Positions 10,961 to 26,101 are shown, counted from the whole stretch's first letter. The stretch is 63,477 nucleotides of DNA, filler included, from Neoconidiobolus thromboides FSU 785 (GCA_025603075.1; 8 parts of 8 records of this genome joined end to end with filler, not necessarily neighbours in it); one strand, 5' to 3'. The notes: generated by a model from the letters alone, not told the origin. Program-made: numbers and translations.

Positions 10961-13024
10961 TAAAAACTGTAAATTTTTGAGATAGCTTGCTTAAATACTT
11001 ATTTCAATCGTTCTTATCTAATGTTTGAAGTTTGGTAAGAGATGACACACAATTTAAACCAAAATGATATAATAAATGTTTTCTGTATTACGAGATGATT
11101 AAAATAATACTATTATAACTTACCGTAACCACTTAGCACTGATGATTTGTTGTACTTTTTATACCTATTGTATTAGTTATTTATATTGATTACGGTTTTT
11201 TTATCAAATATCATGTTTTTATTGGAATCGTGGATTTTGAAATTTTTTAGAAAATAAAATAAAGTAAATTTAAGCTCTATTTAAATATTATATAATAACA
11301 ATACACCCCCAACCAACCGAGACATGGTACGGATTTTTAATTACAATTTTATAAATCAGATTTGGTTTTATCTTAAATTGAGTGACTTAACCACTAAAAT
11401 ATATTCAAAACTACAAAAGTGAGAGGGGGGTCAAGATGATAGGTAAGTTAAGTTAGCAGCGGTATTTTCAACTTTAACCTTTGATGACAATAAATTAGTC
11501 AACATTTAGCTTATTACAATCAATAACTATAAGTCATAAATTAAATACCGGGTTTTTACACTATTTTGATTATATTAAAAGATTTACTTAATTTTTTCAA
11601 GTCAAGGGGAACCTTCTTGATTTATTGAAAATTACCAAAATTATGTTTAATTAAGGTCCCAAGCCCCAGGTCTGTAGATTATTATATTATGCGAAAAAAA
11701 TCTCACTAACCTTTTATTCTTCCTTTTTTCTATTAGCAATTTTAATAATTGATTGGGCTTTGTTGTCAACAAATAGTTTTTGATCTACGTCTTTTACATC
11801 ATCACTTAATTGAACTTGGTTACAATTATAGTCAAACATTTGCACAATTATCGGATTTTACAAATTATTATTTCTATATAATTTTCGGTTAAAGTAGCCA
11901 TATTTTTTAAAAATAAAATAATTCTAAATGCTACCAACATTTAGAGCATTAGATCAAACACCACCCCACTCACTAACCTTTAACTTTGACTGACCAAGCT
12001 CCTCCTCAAATTCTTTAGTACTTTATAATAGCTTTAGTAATATTGGTTAAACCCTTAATCATAGGTTTTTTTGACTTTAATCGAAAGTCAAGGTAGATTT
12101 ATGTAAATTTATATTATAGGATATTGAAATATTATACTTAATCACATAGTGCTGCTATTAATGTATATTTTGATGTACTTAACAGAATTTAGAAGAAAAC
12201 AATAAGCGGGATATTTTAAAATCAATTATAACTTTATAAAGCTTATATAACAATAAAAATTGTAAAATACCAAGGGAAAACTTTAAAAACAAATAATATT
12301 AGCTAGAGCTCCCCTTTTTTATCGCTAATGGATGGAAATGTTTAGCAATATATAAAATAGATTGCATAAACATGTAATAAAACTACAATTCTTATTATAG
12401 TGTCTTATTAATATTAATACAAAACAGTTCGCTGTATTATATTAAATCTGAAATATCCTAAGTAAACATGCTTGAAAATAGCTTTTCATAGAGTCTAGGA
12501 ATTTTTTAAAAATTTTAGTATTCAAATATCCCACTTACTCACTCCAAAAAGACAAAGATTCTAAAAAACTATACCTGGGCTGCATTTGAGCAGGCTTTAT
12601 TCATTCAGAAAAGACTATTTTTACTTCATATCCCAGTTTAAGGTTTACTTTTTCAATTTTTGTAATTTATTAAATAGAAACTGGGAGCCTCCCCCTTTGA
12701 GACGGAAGAAAAACACCCGATTTTACCCAACAAGGGTTCATCTTTGGACCATTTTTATTCTTATCAATAAATCATTTGAATTTTGAATTAAGAGCTTAGC
12801 TTAACTATAAGCAGAATCATCCAATTAGAAAATAACCAAACTTGCTTTCGTCATAAAAGGTTAACTGTGACTGACATTTATATAATACAGTAAACCCAGG
12901 GAATATTGAATAACTTCAAGTAATCATATTTTGTTTTTGTTTTTGAGAGTCAAAAGAGAGAAGGGGGATTATCTGGTTTTTATAAAAGGCTTTACCTTAA
13001 TAATTTGGAGAACAACTATTAGAT

Positions 13025-13347
13025 GGGGTTATTCGAATTGATTTCAGAATTTATTTAGAAATTAATCCAAATTTTAAATTTTCAAATTTGTGTCTAATAT
13101 GATGGTTAAATCTAAAAAGCCTATAATTAAATGTCTCTATTTAAAACTTATTTTAATTGTTTCCTTTTCTTAAATAGCTAATTTTCCTAACTATATGTTT
13201 TATATTAGTTCTGTTAGATATTTAATAGATATATAATACATAACTACATGATTATATAATTATATAAATACACTTATTTACTTTTTTTTTGTTGAAATAA
13301 AAATAAAATGCAGACTTTCATAACTAAACTTTCGAAATGGAATTTTT
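13025..13347 (+). mobile_element. TIR element family B, left end running into a gap
   Basis: AT|GGGGTTATTCGAATTG...; ~320 bp aligns with the other B copies. Confidence 0.82.
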
Positions 13348-13447
13348 NNNNNNNNNNNNNNNNNNNNNNNNNNNNNNNNNNNNNNNNNNNNTTAATTAAT
13401 TAANNNNNNNNNNNNNNNNNNNNNNNNNNNNNNNNNNNNNNNNNNNN

Positions 13448-14061
13448 ACAGCCAATAAAACTAAAGTTAATTTCCAACCTTTGACAAAAGCAATAACAAA
13501 ACCAGTAATAAAAGTGGATACATATTGTATCATTAAACCAATTTTTTCTGAGATACCTTCTTGAACTAAATTAACATCACCTGAAATTCTTGAAGAAATA
13601 TCACCAGAAGAGGAGGAATCAAACCAACCCATTTCTTGAGATAAAATAGCACGGTAATAATGGTGACGAATTCTAACTGCTTGTAGTTCACCAGCAGCCA
13701 TCCATAAACTCATTTGGCCATAAGCGGTAACTAAAGTAGCTATACCAATCCAAACAAATTGTAAACATAAGCCATTGACACTAGATTGTAAGGTTTCCCT
13801 AGCACCTACTGGGTCTATTTCGACTTGTTGGACAAAAGTAGTAAATATATTGATGACACCAGCAAAGATTAAAGACATTAAGGGTTGAGCTACGCCATTC
13901 AAAATAGAACATACAATAGCTAAGAAAATGATAAATATATCTTTAGTGGTAGCAAAAGTCCATAATTTTAGTAATGGAACTGGAACAATAACTTCTCCTT
14001 TTTCTTCGACTTTTGACTTTTCATCAACAACAGCAACTTCTTTATCTTTCTTTTTAAACAT
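13448..14061 (-). CDS. ABCB (MDR/P-glycoprotein-like) transporter, 5' part truncated by a gap
   Basis: VPLLKLWTFATTKD...ILNGVAQPLMSLIF...AAGELQAVRIRHHYYRAILSQEMGWFD...GDISSRISGDVNLVQEGISEKIG...AFVKGWKLTLVLLA, the ABCB TMD1 signature. Confidence 0.95.
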
Positions 14062-16346
14062 TATAAATTATATTTTTATTGTTATAATAAATATTTTAAA
14101 TTGAATTTAAAACTTATAACAAGTTTATTTTTTGATTATTATTTTAATAGTCGAGTTGTTTTCATCTTCTTTTTATTTATATACCTAAATGATTATAAAA
14201 CAAAGTATATTTTCAGCTGTCCTTTGAATTGTGCCAGATTAGTCCAACTCTGGATAAACTCTACTGACCAATTAGATGCTACTTATATTATTATATCACT
14301 TTTTATTGGATAGATCGGAACTACGCCATCTTCTATGTTGACCCGAAATTAAAAGGATAAACTGTGCTTATTCTTAGGATTTAATGCTTTTTATTTAAAG
14401 CTAATTTTGATGCCAAACTTTAAATGTTAGATTTTCATTACCTTTACACAGGGGCTAAACTGTAAGCTTCCATTTATAATTTTAAGAATAGTATTTTTAT
14501 TGAGAGTGGTTTATTTTTAGAATTGCTATGGAAATGAGGGGAGTGGAGTTGGATTATGTAAGAATAAGATGAAACCTAAAGATGTTGTAAGTTGTCCCGA
14601 TATTTAAAAGAAAAGGGAAATTCTGGTTGGTAGTGTTTTTATTTATATCTTCAGTCTAAAATTTTAAAAATTGTATTAAGTTGGATTACTAATATCAAAA
14701 AAGAAATGTTTATTGTATACTCTTTTGCGCTGAGATAAGCAAATAACTTATCGGCTATTTCTTTTAAGCAGACTCAATTTTCTCCAAACAAAAACTTTTT
14801 GAAAATCAAAAATGCTAATCATTTACAGTTAAAACAATACTAAATGCCTAAAAAACTCTAAACTTTGTATTTGAAAATCAATATTTTAAACTTCAATTAT
14901 CAACTCCACCATATCTATCTCATTTTAAGCTCCTTCATAGCTTTAAACATCGAAACTAACTGACCTTGAGCAATTTGATTGTCTCATCTTCTCCTCAGCT
15001 TAAAAAAGAAATTCTATCACAACCAATCGGATAAGGCTATCTATGACATAATATACATTTGGATAAACTTTAATTGTATGCATAATAAAGTAAATTATAC
15101 GGTTGTCCCAGCTCTTTTATGACTTTTTAGTGATGATTTTATAATTAAATTATTTGCACAGCTCATTTTTTATAAAGCTTAATCTATAGATTTTAATTGA
15201 GTGTACTATAATTTTTTTCTTCAAATGAGTAGTTAGTTAAGTCGCAAAGAATCTGCAACAGTTATAAAATTAAAGATTTTTCTTAAGATGAAATCGGAAA
15301 TCTAACTTGTCCCGATATTATTTCTTATTAAACACACACAGATTAAGATTACGATTGAAACATTAGTTGGTTATTAATCCATTTATGTTGTCATCAAGTT
15401 GCATTAAAATCAAAGATAAATTTCTATTAAGTTCAAATATGTATAAAAGGTTAGTTTTACTATAGTAAGAGGTTTGATTTGTGTTGGCGGAAATTAGATT
15501 GTTGAAGATGCTATTAGTTTAAATAAAGTAAGTTTACTTTTATTTCATTTTGAATGTTCATATATTGGATTACTTTGTTGGAATCTATTAGCAAAAATAG
15601 CGTTATAGTAAGCTATATAAAAAAGATAAACTAAGACATCACCCTTGAATTTATTCAATAAAAATTATTATACTCCCTGATATTATAAATCAAACTTGAA
15701 ATTTAATAATTTTTAAATTTCTAATTAAAGTAAGCTATGAAACTAGTTGAATTAAACTTAAAATCAAGAAAGTTCTAAACTATCGGCTTAAAAAAATATT
15801 TTTTTAGTGGATTAATAATCATTAAATACAACTCAATCAATTTTAATAAGAATCAGACTATTAAAACTTATAAAATTTAAATGAAAGAGATAAACAAAAT
15901 GATAAAGTATAGAAATCAGATAATATATCATGTTGTTTTTATAAGCATTAGCATCTTGGTTTCAATCAGAACACTAATAAAATTTAATCTATTAACTATT
16001 CTTAGAAATTCAAAGTATATAATATGAATAAAAATCAATTTATTAAATTATGTTGATTTTTACGCCAATAAATAAGGTAGTATTCGGGTAATATACTATA
16101 TCAAGAATCAAACAATATAAACCATTTTCATCTTAAACTTTTAAAATAAACCCAATAGAAACTCACATATCTAGTTTGATTGCCTCAGCTATTATAACAA
16201 ACTCACAGAATCCAATTTATTAAACAGTTAAAAAATTCATACGAAGTTATAAATCAAACTCTTAGAACCAAGTACTATTTTAATGCAAACTTTACAATAT
16301 TGAAATTTAAATACAAATTACCAGGAAAAACTACTAATTAATAAAT

Positions 16347-16418
16347 TTCTTCATGGTCCAGTGGTTAGGATTTTCCGCTTTCACCGGAACGGCCGGGGTT
16401 CGATTCCCCGTGAGGAAG
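16347..16418 (+). tRNA. tRNA-Glu(TTC): tRNA-Glu, anticodon TTC, intronless
   Basis: Acceptor stem TTCTTCA/TGAGGAA, D-arm TGGTCCAGTGGTTAGGA, anticodon loop CTTTCAC, T-loop GGTTCGATTCC; 72 nt. Confidence 0.96.
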
Positions 16419-16465
16419 TAATGTGATTATATTAGTAAAATGTTGGACATTAATTTTTAATATAT

Positions 16466-16563
16466 GGGGATGTATTTTTGTGTTTAGCAATTTTATTAAC
16501 AATCTTTCCACTCAAATAGTGCTTAAAAGATGGAAAAAGTAATAAAGCCAAAAAAACATCCCC
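16466..16563 (+). mobile_element. MITE family A copy (near-consensus reference copy)
   Basis: AT|GGGGATGTATTTTT...TTTCCACTCAAATAGTGCTTAAAAGATGGAAA...AAAAAAACATCCCC|AT; 98 bp. Confidence 0.92.
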
Positions 16564-16659
16564 ATATATAGGTCTAGTTAATACTTTTAAATTAAAATCT
16601 TTATTAAATAGAAAAATGAAATAAAATAGTTTAATAATCTTCCACTCCTGATTTTATTT

Positions 16660-18682
16660 TTACTTATCAAGTCTAAACGAAAAAAGGTTCTAATAAATAC
16701 ATATTCTAAAACAATAAAATAAAAATTCAACTTACCTACAAATTGGATTATTATTAACCATAGAAAGATCCGTTTTATGACCAACTAAAGAACGTATATT
16801 ATCAATACCATATTTAATCATTGTTGGTCTTTCTAACGATAATCCCCAAGCAATCACTCGAACTTCTGGATCAAGTCCCATGGGTAAGATCATTTCAGGA
16901 CGGAACATACCACTGTTTCCGATTTCAACCCATTTACCAAAACCTAATTGAATTTAAGGTAAATTAAAATACATGTTAATATATTATAATATAATATAGT
17001 ATAATTCTATTCTTTTGAATATTATAAAACTTACCTTCATGCCAAGAAAAAATTTCCAAAGATGGTTCAGTATATGGATTATAAGCTGGTTTAAATCTTA
17101 AATTAGTCACACCCATTTTCATGAAAAATTGATTTAAAAAGCCAATTAAATCACCAAGAGTTAGATTTTTATCGGCAATAACACCTTCTACTTGATGAAA
17201 TTCAGCTAAATGAGTAGCATCTACCGTTTCATTTCTAAAGACTCGGTCAATTGAAAACCATTTGACGGGTTTAAATTCTTTCTGTTAAACAGAATATTAA
17301 TAAAAACAGAATAAAAAACAGAAAATATTAATTGGTTTTTACTTACCTGCTGAGCTAACTCATATAACATATTAGAAGAAATCGCAGTAGTATGAGTTCT
17401 TAATAATAATTTTTGTGCTTCTTCTTCTTTCCAATCATAACCATAGCCAAAGGAACCATACCCACCTTCAGAATGAACTTTTTTAACACGTTCCATATAA
17501 TCTCTTGGATATTTATCGGATAAAGCTGGATCTTTAATAAAAAAAGTATCATGAGCATCACGAGCTGGATGTTGTTGAGGTTGAAATAAAGCATCAAAAT
17601 TCCAAAAGGAAGTTTCAACAAATTTATTACTTGGCATTTCAGAGAAACTAGAAGAAAAAAACAAAGGTTAGTGAAGAGAAGAGAGAAGGAAAATACTTGA
17701 TTTACCCCATTTCAAAAAAAATTTTACGGAATTCTTCTCTTACTTTTAATAAGGGATGGAAATGTCCACCCATGGGATCTAAACCTGTAGCATCAAAATT
17801 ATATTGCTTAAAGCTTAATTTTTGCCATAAATCACTAAAATTAATTTGTTGAGATTATTATTGAGTATTCTTATTTTATAATTAAAAAAATTACTTTTGT
17901 AGCATATCAACAGTAAGATCAGTAGCTTGTTTTACAACAGTTAAAGCAAAGTTCACATCTTTTTCAATATCATAAGATATAATTTTTCTAATTATAAAAA
18001 GTTAGATATTATATATTGGATATTTATTGTATGTTTACTTTGGTTCAATAAGTTTACGTTTTTTGAGTTCTTTTAAAATATTTTTATCATCATGATTAAA
18101 ATTAGTTCTAATTTTAATTAAATCTTCTTTAGTATTATCAACAATAGAATCAACCTAAATAATATTCAATAATTAGTCTCAAATCAAATATTAAACTTAT
18201 AAAATCAAAACTTACACTTCTATAAATCATATCCCCATCTTTTTTTAACCATTGATTTTTAAAAGCTTTACCTTGCCCAACTTTTAAACTATTTTTATCT
18301 ACTTTATTACCCAACTCACTCAAACTAATCCCTTCAACTGGTACCGCATAATATACTTTACTTTCATGACTACCTTCATTAGCTAACAATTCACCTTCTT
18401 GAGTTAACAAGTGAATTTCTTTTTCAATAATTTTATATTTTAACATCTAATATAGAAATGAAATATAATAAAGAGTAAATAAATAAATATTTTTAGTTAG
18501 TTAGCTTCTATTTTTATGTTCTATTTTACCTCTTTACTAGCAAGTGAGTTTAATACCCCTAAGATCACTTGTTGATCTAGTTCTTCTCCATTAATGGGAT
18601 CTTTCATACCCTTACTATTGAGGGTATCAACATTCTCAATCAATTTTAAAATATATGTTTGTAATGCTTCGGTAGTTGCCAT
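16660..18682 (-). CDS. FRS2: Cytoplasmic phenylalanyl-tRNA synthetase alpha subunit; 9 exons inferred
   Basis: MATTEALQ start. Motifs [92 protein letters not shown]; ends PICRLDK* across a final intron. Confidence 0.97.
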
Positions 18683-19603
18683 ATTGTTTTTTATTTGGAA
18701 GTAAAAAGCAAGTGACTTAAAGAAATATGGAATTTCGAACTTGATGTAGATTGAGATTGTAGTTTGATTGGTGAGTCATATTTGTTGGTTTCCCATAATT
18801 TATGAAAAGATTAAATTTTTGGACAAATAATGGGCATAAAATAATGTTGATTTTGAAAGAAAAAGATAAATTTGTTAGATTAAGAGTTGTGCGTAGTTGG
18901 ATGTCTATGTATGAGTCAATTTGATATAGGATTTCTATTTAATTTAATATCATGGAATAACTAGCTTATTGATTTATAAGTTTATTTTATTTTTCATTTG
19001 TTAGTTATATTATAACAGTATAAAAATCAAACTTTATAGTTAATCTTAAGTTTTTTTTAAAATTTAAAAGATTATCCTAAAGTGTTCAATTTTGAAAACA
19101 AATGAATTATACTAAAGTAATACAAAGGAGAAAAAAAGAGTAGTTTTAATAGTTCAAGTTAACTAGGATAAGTATTTAAATTAGTAGTTATAATATTGAT
19201 TCTTTATAAAGGATAAAATAAGTAATTTAATAAATGAAATTATTTTATTGAAAATTATTTAAAAATTAATCTTTAATTAATAGTATACAAATAGCTATAG
19301 TTGTAGTATATAGCTAATAAATAAACAAAAAAAATTGAAACTTTTAAATAAAAATATAAAAATGTTTCAAAAGTAAATTTCATTAATATAATAATTTAAA
19401 AGTACTAAATAATTAATAAACATAAAACTTATACAATTAATGATTTTTATTTATTTATAGTGTTAGTTTCTATAACTTTATAATATATTTCAAAATAAAT
19501 GAAATACTTATATAATAAAGTAAAAATATTAAAACAGCTGCTATAATTGGATAAAGTTAAATAAAATAAAAACAAAAAGGATTTTTACTTAATAAATGTG
19601 TAT

Positions 19604-19701
19604 GAGGATGCTTTTTTAGTTTCATCACTTCTTCCATTTTTTAAGCGCTATTTGAGCAGAAATATTATTAGTAAAATCCTTAAGCAAAAAAATACATCCC
19701 T
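19604..19701 (-). mobile_element. MITE family A copy
   Basis: Reverse consensus match with both TIRs. Confidence 0.88.
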
Positions 19702-20216
19702 ATATGTTATATATTATGTTTTTAACTTATAATAATTTTAGGCAAAAAACATTTTGGTTGCCTTTTTTATATATTAAATTCTATATTGTCATGTTACTAA
19801 TTTTTTGTATTAATATATATATGAAATTTTCGTGTTATTCTACTTTAAAATTTATTTTATTAATTTTTATACACCCAAATTTGTATGATTTTTATTTTTT
19901 TATTTTTTTATTTTATTTTTAAGCCAGGCTATTAACTTAAAATTAAGCAGATAAATTGAAAAAAATATAAAAATAAATAATATTTAAAATACTAATTAAA
20001 TGAATATTAAGTGACAGTAATAAATAAGAATTATAGTATTAGATCAATTAATATACATGATAATTCTAACCATTTTTTCTTTCTTTGATATTTTTTATAT
20101 TAAAACTATAAAAAATGCTATAATTGATATTGAGTAAAAATTGAGCTTTAATAAACAAAAATTGTAATAAAAAATTTTAAGAATAAAATGATTTAGGGTA
20201 AACACCTTTATTGTAT

Positions 20217-20312
20217 GGGGATGTTTTTTTTAGTTTTGTTACTTTTTCCATATTTTAAGCACTATTTGTACGGAAAAATTGCTAGTAAAACTCTTAAACA
20301 AAATACATCCCC
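20217..20312 (-). mobile_element. MITE family A copy
   Basis: AT|GGGGATGTTTTTTT...AAAATACATCCCC. Confidence 0.88.
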
Positions 20313-20625
20313 GTATAGTGTTGGTTACTAGCTTTTGTTTAATAAATAGTCTCTTATTAAATATTAGTTTTATTATTATCTCAAATATTATGTAACGGTA
20401 GTGGGTTTTTTTACCCCAGACTAAATAGGTATTTTTATTTACTTAAAGCACGTTATAGTAATGTTTTTTGACCTAATAGTTTATTACTAATATTTTTCAA
20501 ATTTATGCCTAAAAAATGACCAAAACAAAGTAAAACAGGTACTCTTATCAAAATTTTAGATAAGGGTTTATAATCAAAAGAGCAATCAATACATTAAATC
20601 TTTATGTTATAAAAATTCATAAAAT

Positions 20626-20660
20626 GGGGATGTTTTTGGTTTCATCACTTTCCCATTCTA
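20626..20660 (-). mobile_element. MITE family A, truncated end fragment
   Basis: AT|GGGGATGTTTTTGGTTTCATCACTTTCCCATT, then diverges. Confidence 0.65.
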
Positions 20661-21052
20661 ATATAATAAATTACATTAAATATAAATATTTTATTAATTT
20701 ATTAATCTTATTATTTTCATTAATTTATTAATAAGGTTCTTTCACCAAGAATAAAGTTTAAAGAGCGAACCAATTATATTCATGTATTAATTATTATTGG
20801 CAATTTGGAGAATCATTTGATAAAGCTATAAACCAATAAAATAAAGAATATAATAAGTTTTATCATAATATATAGAAATTTTTCACAATTGATCCTTAAT
20901 TTTAATTCTTATACCAAAAGATTAAATTCCGCAACTAACACATCAACAAAATATAAATTTCATCATTTAGATTAGAAATATTAATCTGAACCTTTTTTAA
21001 TTTATTAAATTTAACTCAAGCAATTCACTTTATCAAAACATAAACTAAAAGA

Positions 21053-21972
21053 ATGAACAGTATCACTATAAAAAAATCCCCATCCCCAACTCAAGAGCAG
21101 AAAGACTTAAAAGCATTTATACATGCCAAAGAATTTATTCCCTCCCAGCAGAAATCTTTCAACTTCAATAGTAACATAAACAATAACTTAAACTATAACT
21201 CCTCACCACAAGGTATAATACCAATTGACAATTCAGCTTACAGTAACCAATATTATAATGAGATACCTTATTGGATGAATGAAGATAATGAAGGTAATGA
21301 TATGTATGAAAAGATGGCACAATTAGATAAAAAGGAACGATATCAAAGTAATAATAAAAGTATAGATTATGATAATTTATTAACTGGATGGGAACCTATG
21401 AGTGAAGGATATAACAATATTAAACAAGATAAAAACAATGATAAATTTCAATATAATAATATTGATAATAATATTAATAATAACATAGATTTTGAGAATT
21501 TATCTAATGAATGGGATCCAGTAAGTGAAGTTTATGATAGTAGAAAACAAATTAAAAGAGAAAATAAATCAATCTATGATAAGAATAATTTGTTAGGCTA
21601 TGACAAGGTAAGTGATTAAATTGTTGTTAAGGGTTATGGGCTAATATTTTTTGTTATTAAAGGAGAAAGGGATGAAACAAAAAAATAATAAAAAGGAGGA
21701 TTGGATTAATAATTTATTAGATGATAAAACTAATGAAGTGAATAAAAATATTTTCAATACAAATGAACAAGTAAGTAAAAATAAACTGTTAATAAAAATT
21801 ATAATTTAATATTTTTATTTTTATTAAGGAAAAAGAGAAGGATATAAAACAAGAAGACAATAACAGTAAGAAATCTAATTGGAAAGATTATTATTTAGAA
21901 GATAAATATAAGGAATTAAAATTAAAATATAATCTAGATTTTAAATTAACAAATAATAAGGGACTGGAGTTA

Positions 21973-22009
<37 letters not shown>

Positions 22010-22884
22010 TCACAAATATTGATAAAGAAAAAACCGTATTAAAAGAAATAAAAAAAAAGACAACGTTATTAACTGAAGCTGTAGAGAATATAAGTATCAA
22101 TAAAAAAGAAGAGGTTAAAAAAAGGGGTGAAATAGAAACTACAACCAATAATAATAGTCCTAAAAAAGAAGAAAAAGAAAGTAAAGTACGAATTATTTAT
22201 CCAATAAAAAGAGAGAATAATAAAATTAATAATAATTCTAAAGAAGTATTAATAAGTACCAATTATGATATCTTCCCCTTAACTAAAATTCATCGATCAG
22301 GTGTAGCTTATGGGTTGTTATTGGATTTATCTAATATTAATCAACAATCAACAATGCAAAATAATAATAACCAACAGTCAATTGAATCTATTATAATACA
22401 AACAATTAATAATACATTCCAACACATAAGTTGTTTAGAATATCGAAGTAAAACTAAATTAGAAATCGGTTTTTATAATAATAAAGATAGAGAAAGGGCA
22501 TTAAATACTCCATTAACAATTAACAATCACTCCATAGATAAAGTTAAAACCTATCATTTTGATGATCCCATCATTGGAATCACTATCACTAATCTTCCTT
22601 GTGACTATGTTGGTGAAGTAGTAGAATCTCAAGTAAACAAATTTTTATCCAAGTATGGTAATATTGTTTATTGTAAACATTTAAAGTACACCAACACCAA
22701 TATTTATATGAGATTGGTAGCGGCGGCTATTATTCCATTTGAAGGAGTAGATAAAGAGGATATTGATAGATGTTTTAAATTGAATAATTTTACTGTGTTT
22801 TGTCATCCTGAAGGAGCTGCTGAGAGGTGCTTTAAGTGTAATTCGGAAGAGCATAAATCAAATCAATGTGAAGTTGTAAACTAA
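21053..22884 (+). CDS. Three-exon gene (21053-21607, 21663-21770, 21829-22884; 572 aa): Asn-rich low-complexity N-terminus, C-terminal LINE-ORF1-like RRM region and CCHC zinc knuckle
   Basis: Two phase-0 GTAAGT...AG introns give one continuous frame. The C-terminus has LEIGFY..RERAL, ITITNLP, FLSKYGNI and CFKCNSEEHKSNQC (C-x2-C-x4-H-x4-C). Confidence 0.8.
21973..22008 (+). repeat. (AAT)12 microsatellite encoding poly-Asn
   Basis: Twelve AAT units in frame within exon 3 of the ORF1-like gene. Confidence 0.9.
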
Positions 22885-23080
22885 TAGATCTATTAGCTTA
22901 TTAACTTGATTCTACTCGACTATTCTTATTTTCTTATTAAATTCACAAATAAAGCTATAAAAAAATCAAACTTTATAAATTTATAAACCGTCTTTATTTT
23001 ATTTAAAAAAAAGATAAAATTTATCAACTGGGTCAATCTACTCAATAATCTATATTTTAATCTATATTAAATTGTATTTT

Positions 23081-24705
<1,625 letters not shown>

Positions 24706-25034
24706 TTTTTTAATTTAAAAAAAAAATTGAATCCAGAATTTGAAACTTTCAAAGATATTAAAATTGAATGGAATAAACTTGGATACTTTTTTGCAGCCAA
24801 TTAAGCTTTAATTTAGGATTTATGGAGTTGTTTTTTGGATTTTATGGTTAGCTATTAGGAGTTTTGATTTTTATGTTAGATAAGAAATGAACAAAACTAA
24901 AATTCAATGTAGTTTCTAAGAATTAGAATAAAATTAATTTTATACTGATCATTTAACCCCCCTTTAATAAAAAAAAGTAATTTTTAATACTAAAATTTCC
25001 AAATTCTTGTAAAAATGATAATCAACCTTTAAGC

Positions 25035-25106
25035 AGGACCCACCGAGAATCGAACTCGGATTACAAGGATCAAAACCTTGGGTGCTAACCATTACACCAT
25101 GGATCC
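25035..25106 (-). tRNA. tRNA-Gln(TTG): tRNA-Gln, anticodon TTG, intronless
   Basis: Reverse complement GGATCCATGGTGTAATGGTTAGCACCCAAGGTTTTGATCCTTGTAATCCGAGTTCGATTCTCGGTGGGTCCT folds as a 72-nt cloverleaf. Confidence 0.96.
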
Positions 25107-25576
25107 CGAATCTACTAGCAATACGCAATATTTTAAAATTTATAAATACTAACTAAACCATAATCCAATCCAGCGGGAAGCATTTCAATAGAAATAAGAA
25201 AATAGACAATGGTCCTTGTATAAAGTTGAAGTATATCTTTTCGTATATCGATTGATAGTTTTTTCTAATATTTGTAAACTCGAAGCTTTTTTTATTGAAA
25301 AAAATTATTTTTATATTGATATATATTATTTTGACTTTGATTCTGATTTTAATATTTTATGTTTTAAGTTTTAAATTTATAAAATTTAGTTATTTTCTAT
25401 TTCTTTTGCAGTTCTAATAAAATAAATATCAGAGTACTATAATATCATATATCAAATATTTTACTATTATGCTATGTTTTTTTTTAAAGTGTATTTATAT
25501 TTTAATATTTATTATTTTAAATTTATGCAATTTAAAATTAAGTTGCTGATAAATTAATAAAAATATAAACAAATAT

Positions 25577-25674
25577 GAGAATGTTTTTTTGACTTCATTA
25601 CTTTTTCCATCTTTTAAGCGCTATTTGAGTGGAAAAGTTATTAGTAAAATTCTTAAACACAAAAATACATCCCC
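25577..25674 (-). mobile_element. MITE family A copy
   Basis: Reverse consensus match; right end AAAAATACATCCCC. Confidence 0.88.
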
Positions 25675-26003
25675 CTATATTAAATAAAAGTAGTTATAGT
25701 TTAAATCTTTAATTATAATTAGCTAAAAAATAACAAAATTAACAAAATTAATAGTTAAAATTTAGGCTAAAAGATATCGAAGTTATGATAGAAACTAAAA
25801 CAATATAAATAATAATAAAAATAACTCTATTTGATAAAAACAAGTTTAAAACTTATAAATATTTAAAAAGATTATTAACTAATATATAAAAAGCTATTTT
25901 AAATTTAAACAAGATTGCCTGAAACAAACTAAGTATAAAATTAGAATTCTACATTCATTGATTAATAAACTAAAACAGTATGTGTTGATTATTAAAATTG
26001 ATT

Positions 26004-26101
26004 GGGGGTATTTTTTTTAGTTTTATCACTTCTTCTATTCTCTAAACGCTATTTGAATGAAAAAAGTATTGATAAAATTCTTAAAAAAAGAATACATCAC
26101 C
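26004..26101 (-). mobile_element. MITE family A copy
   Basis: GGGGGTATTTTTTT...AATACATCACC|AT. Confidence 0.82.
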
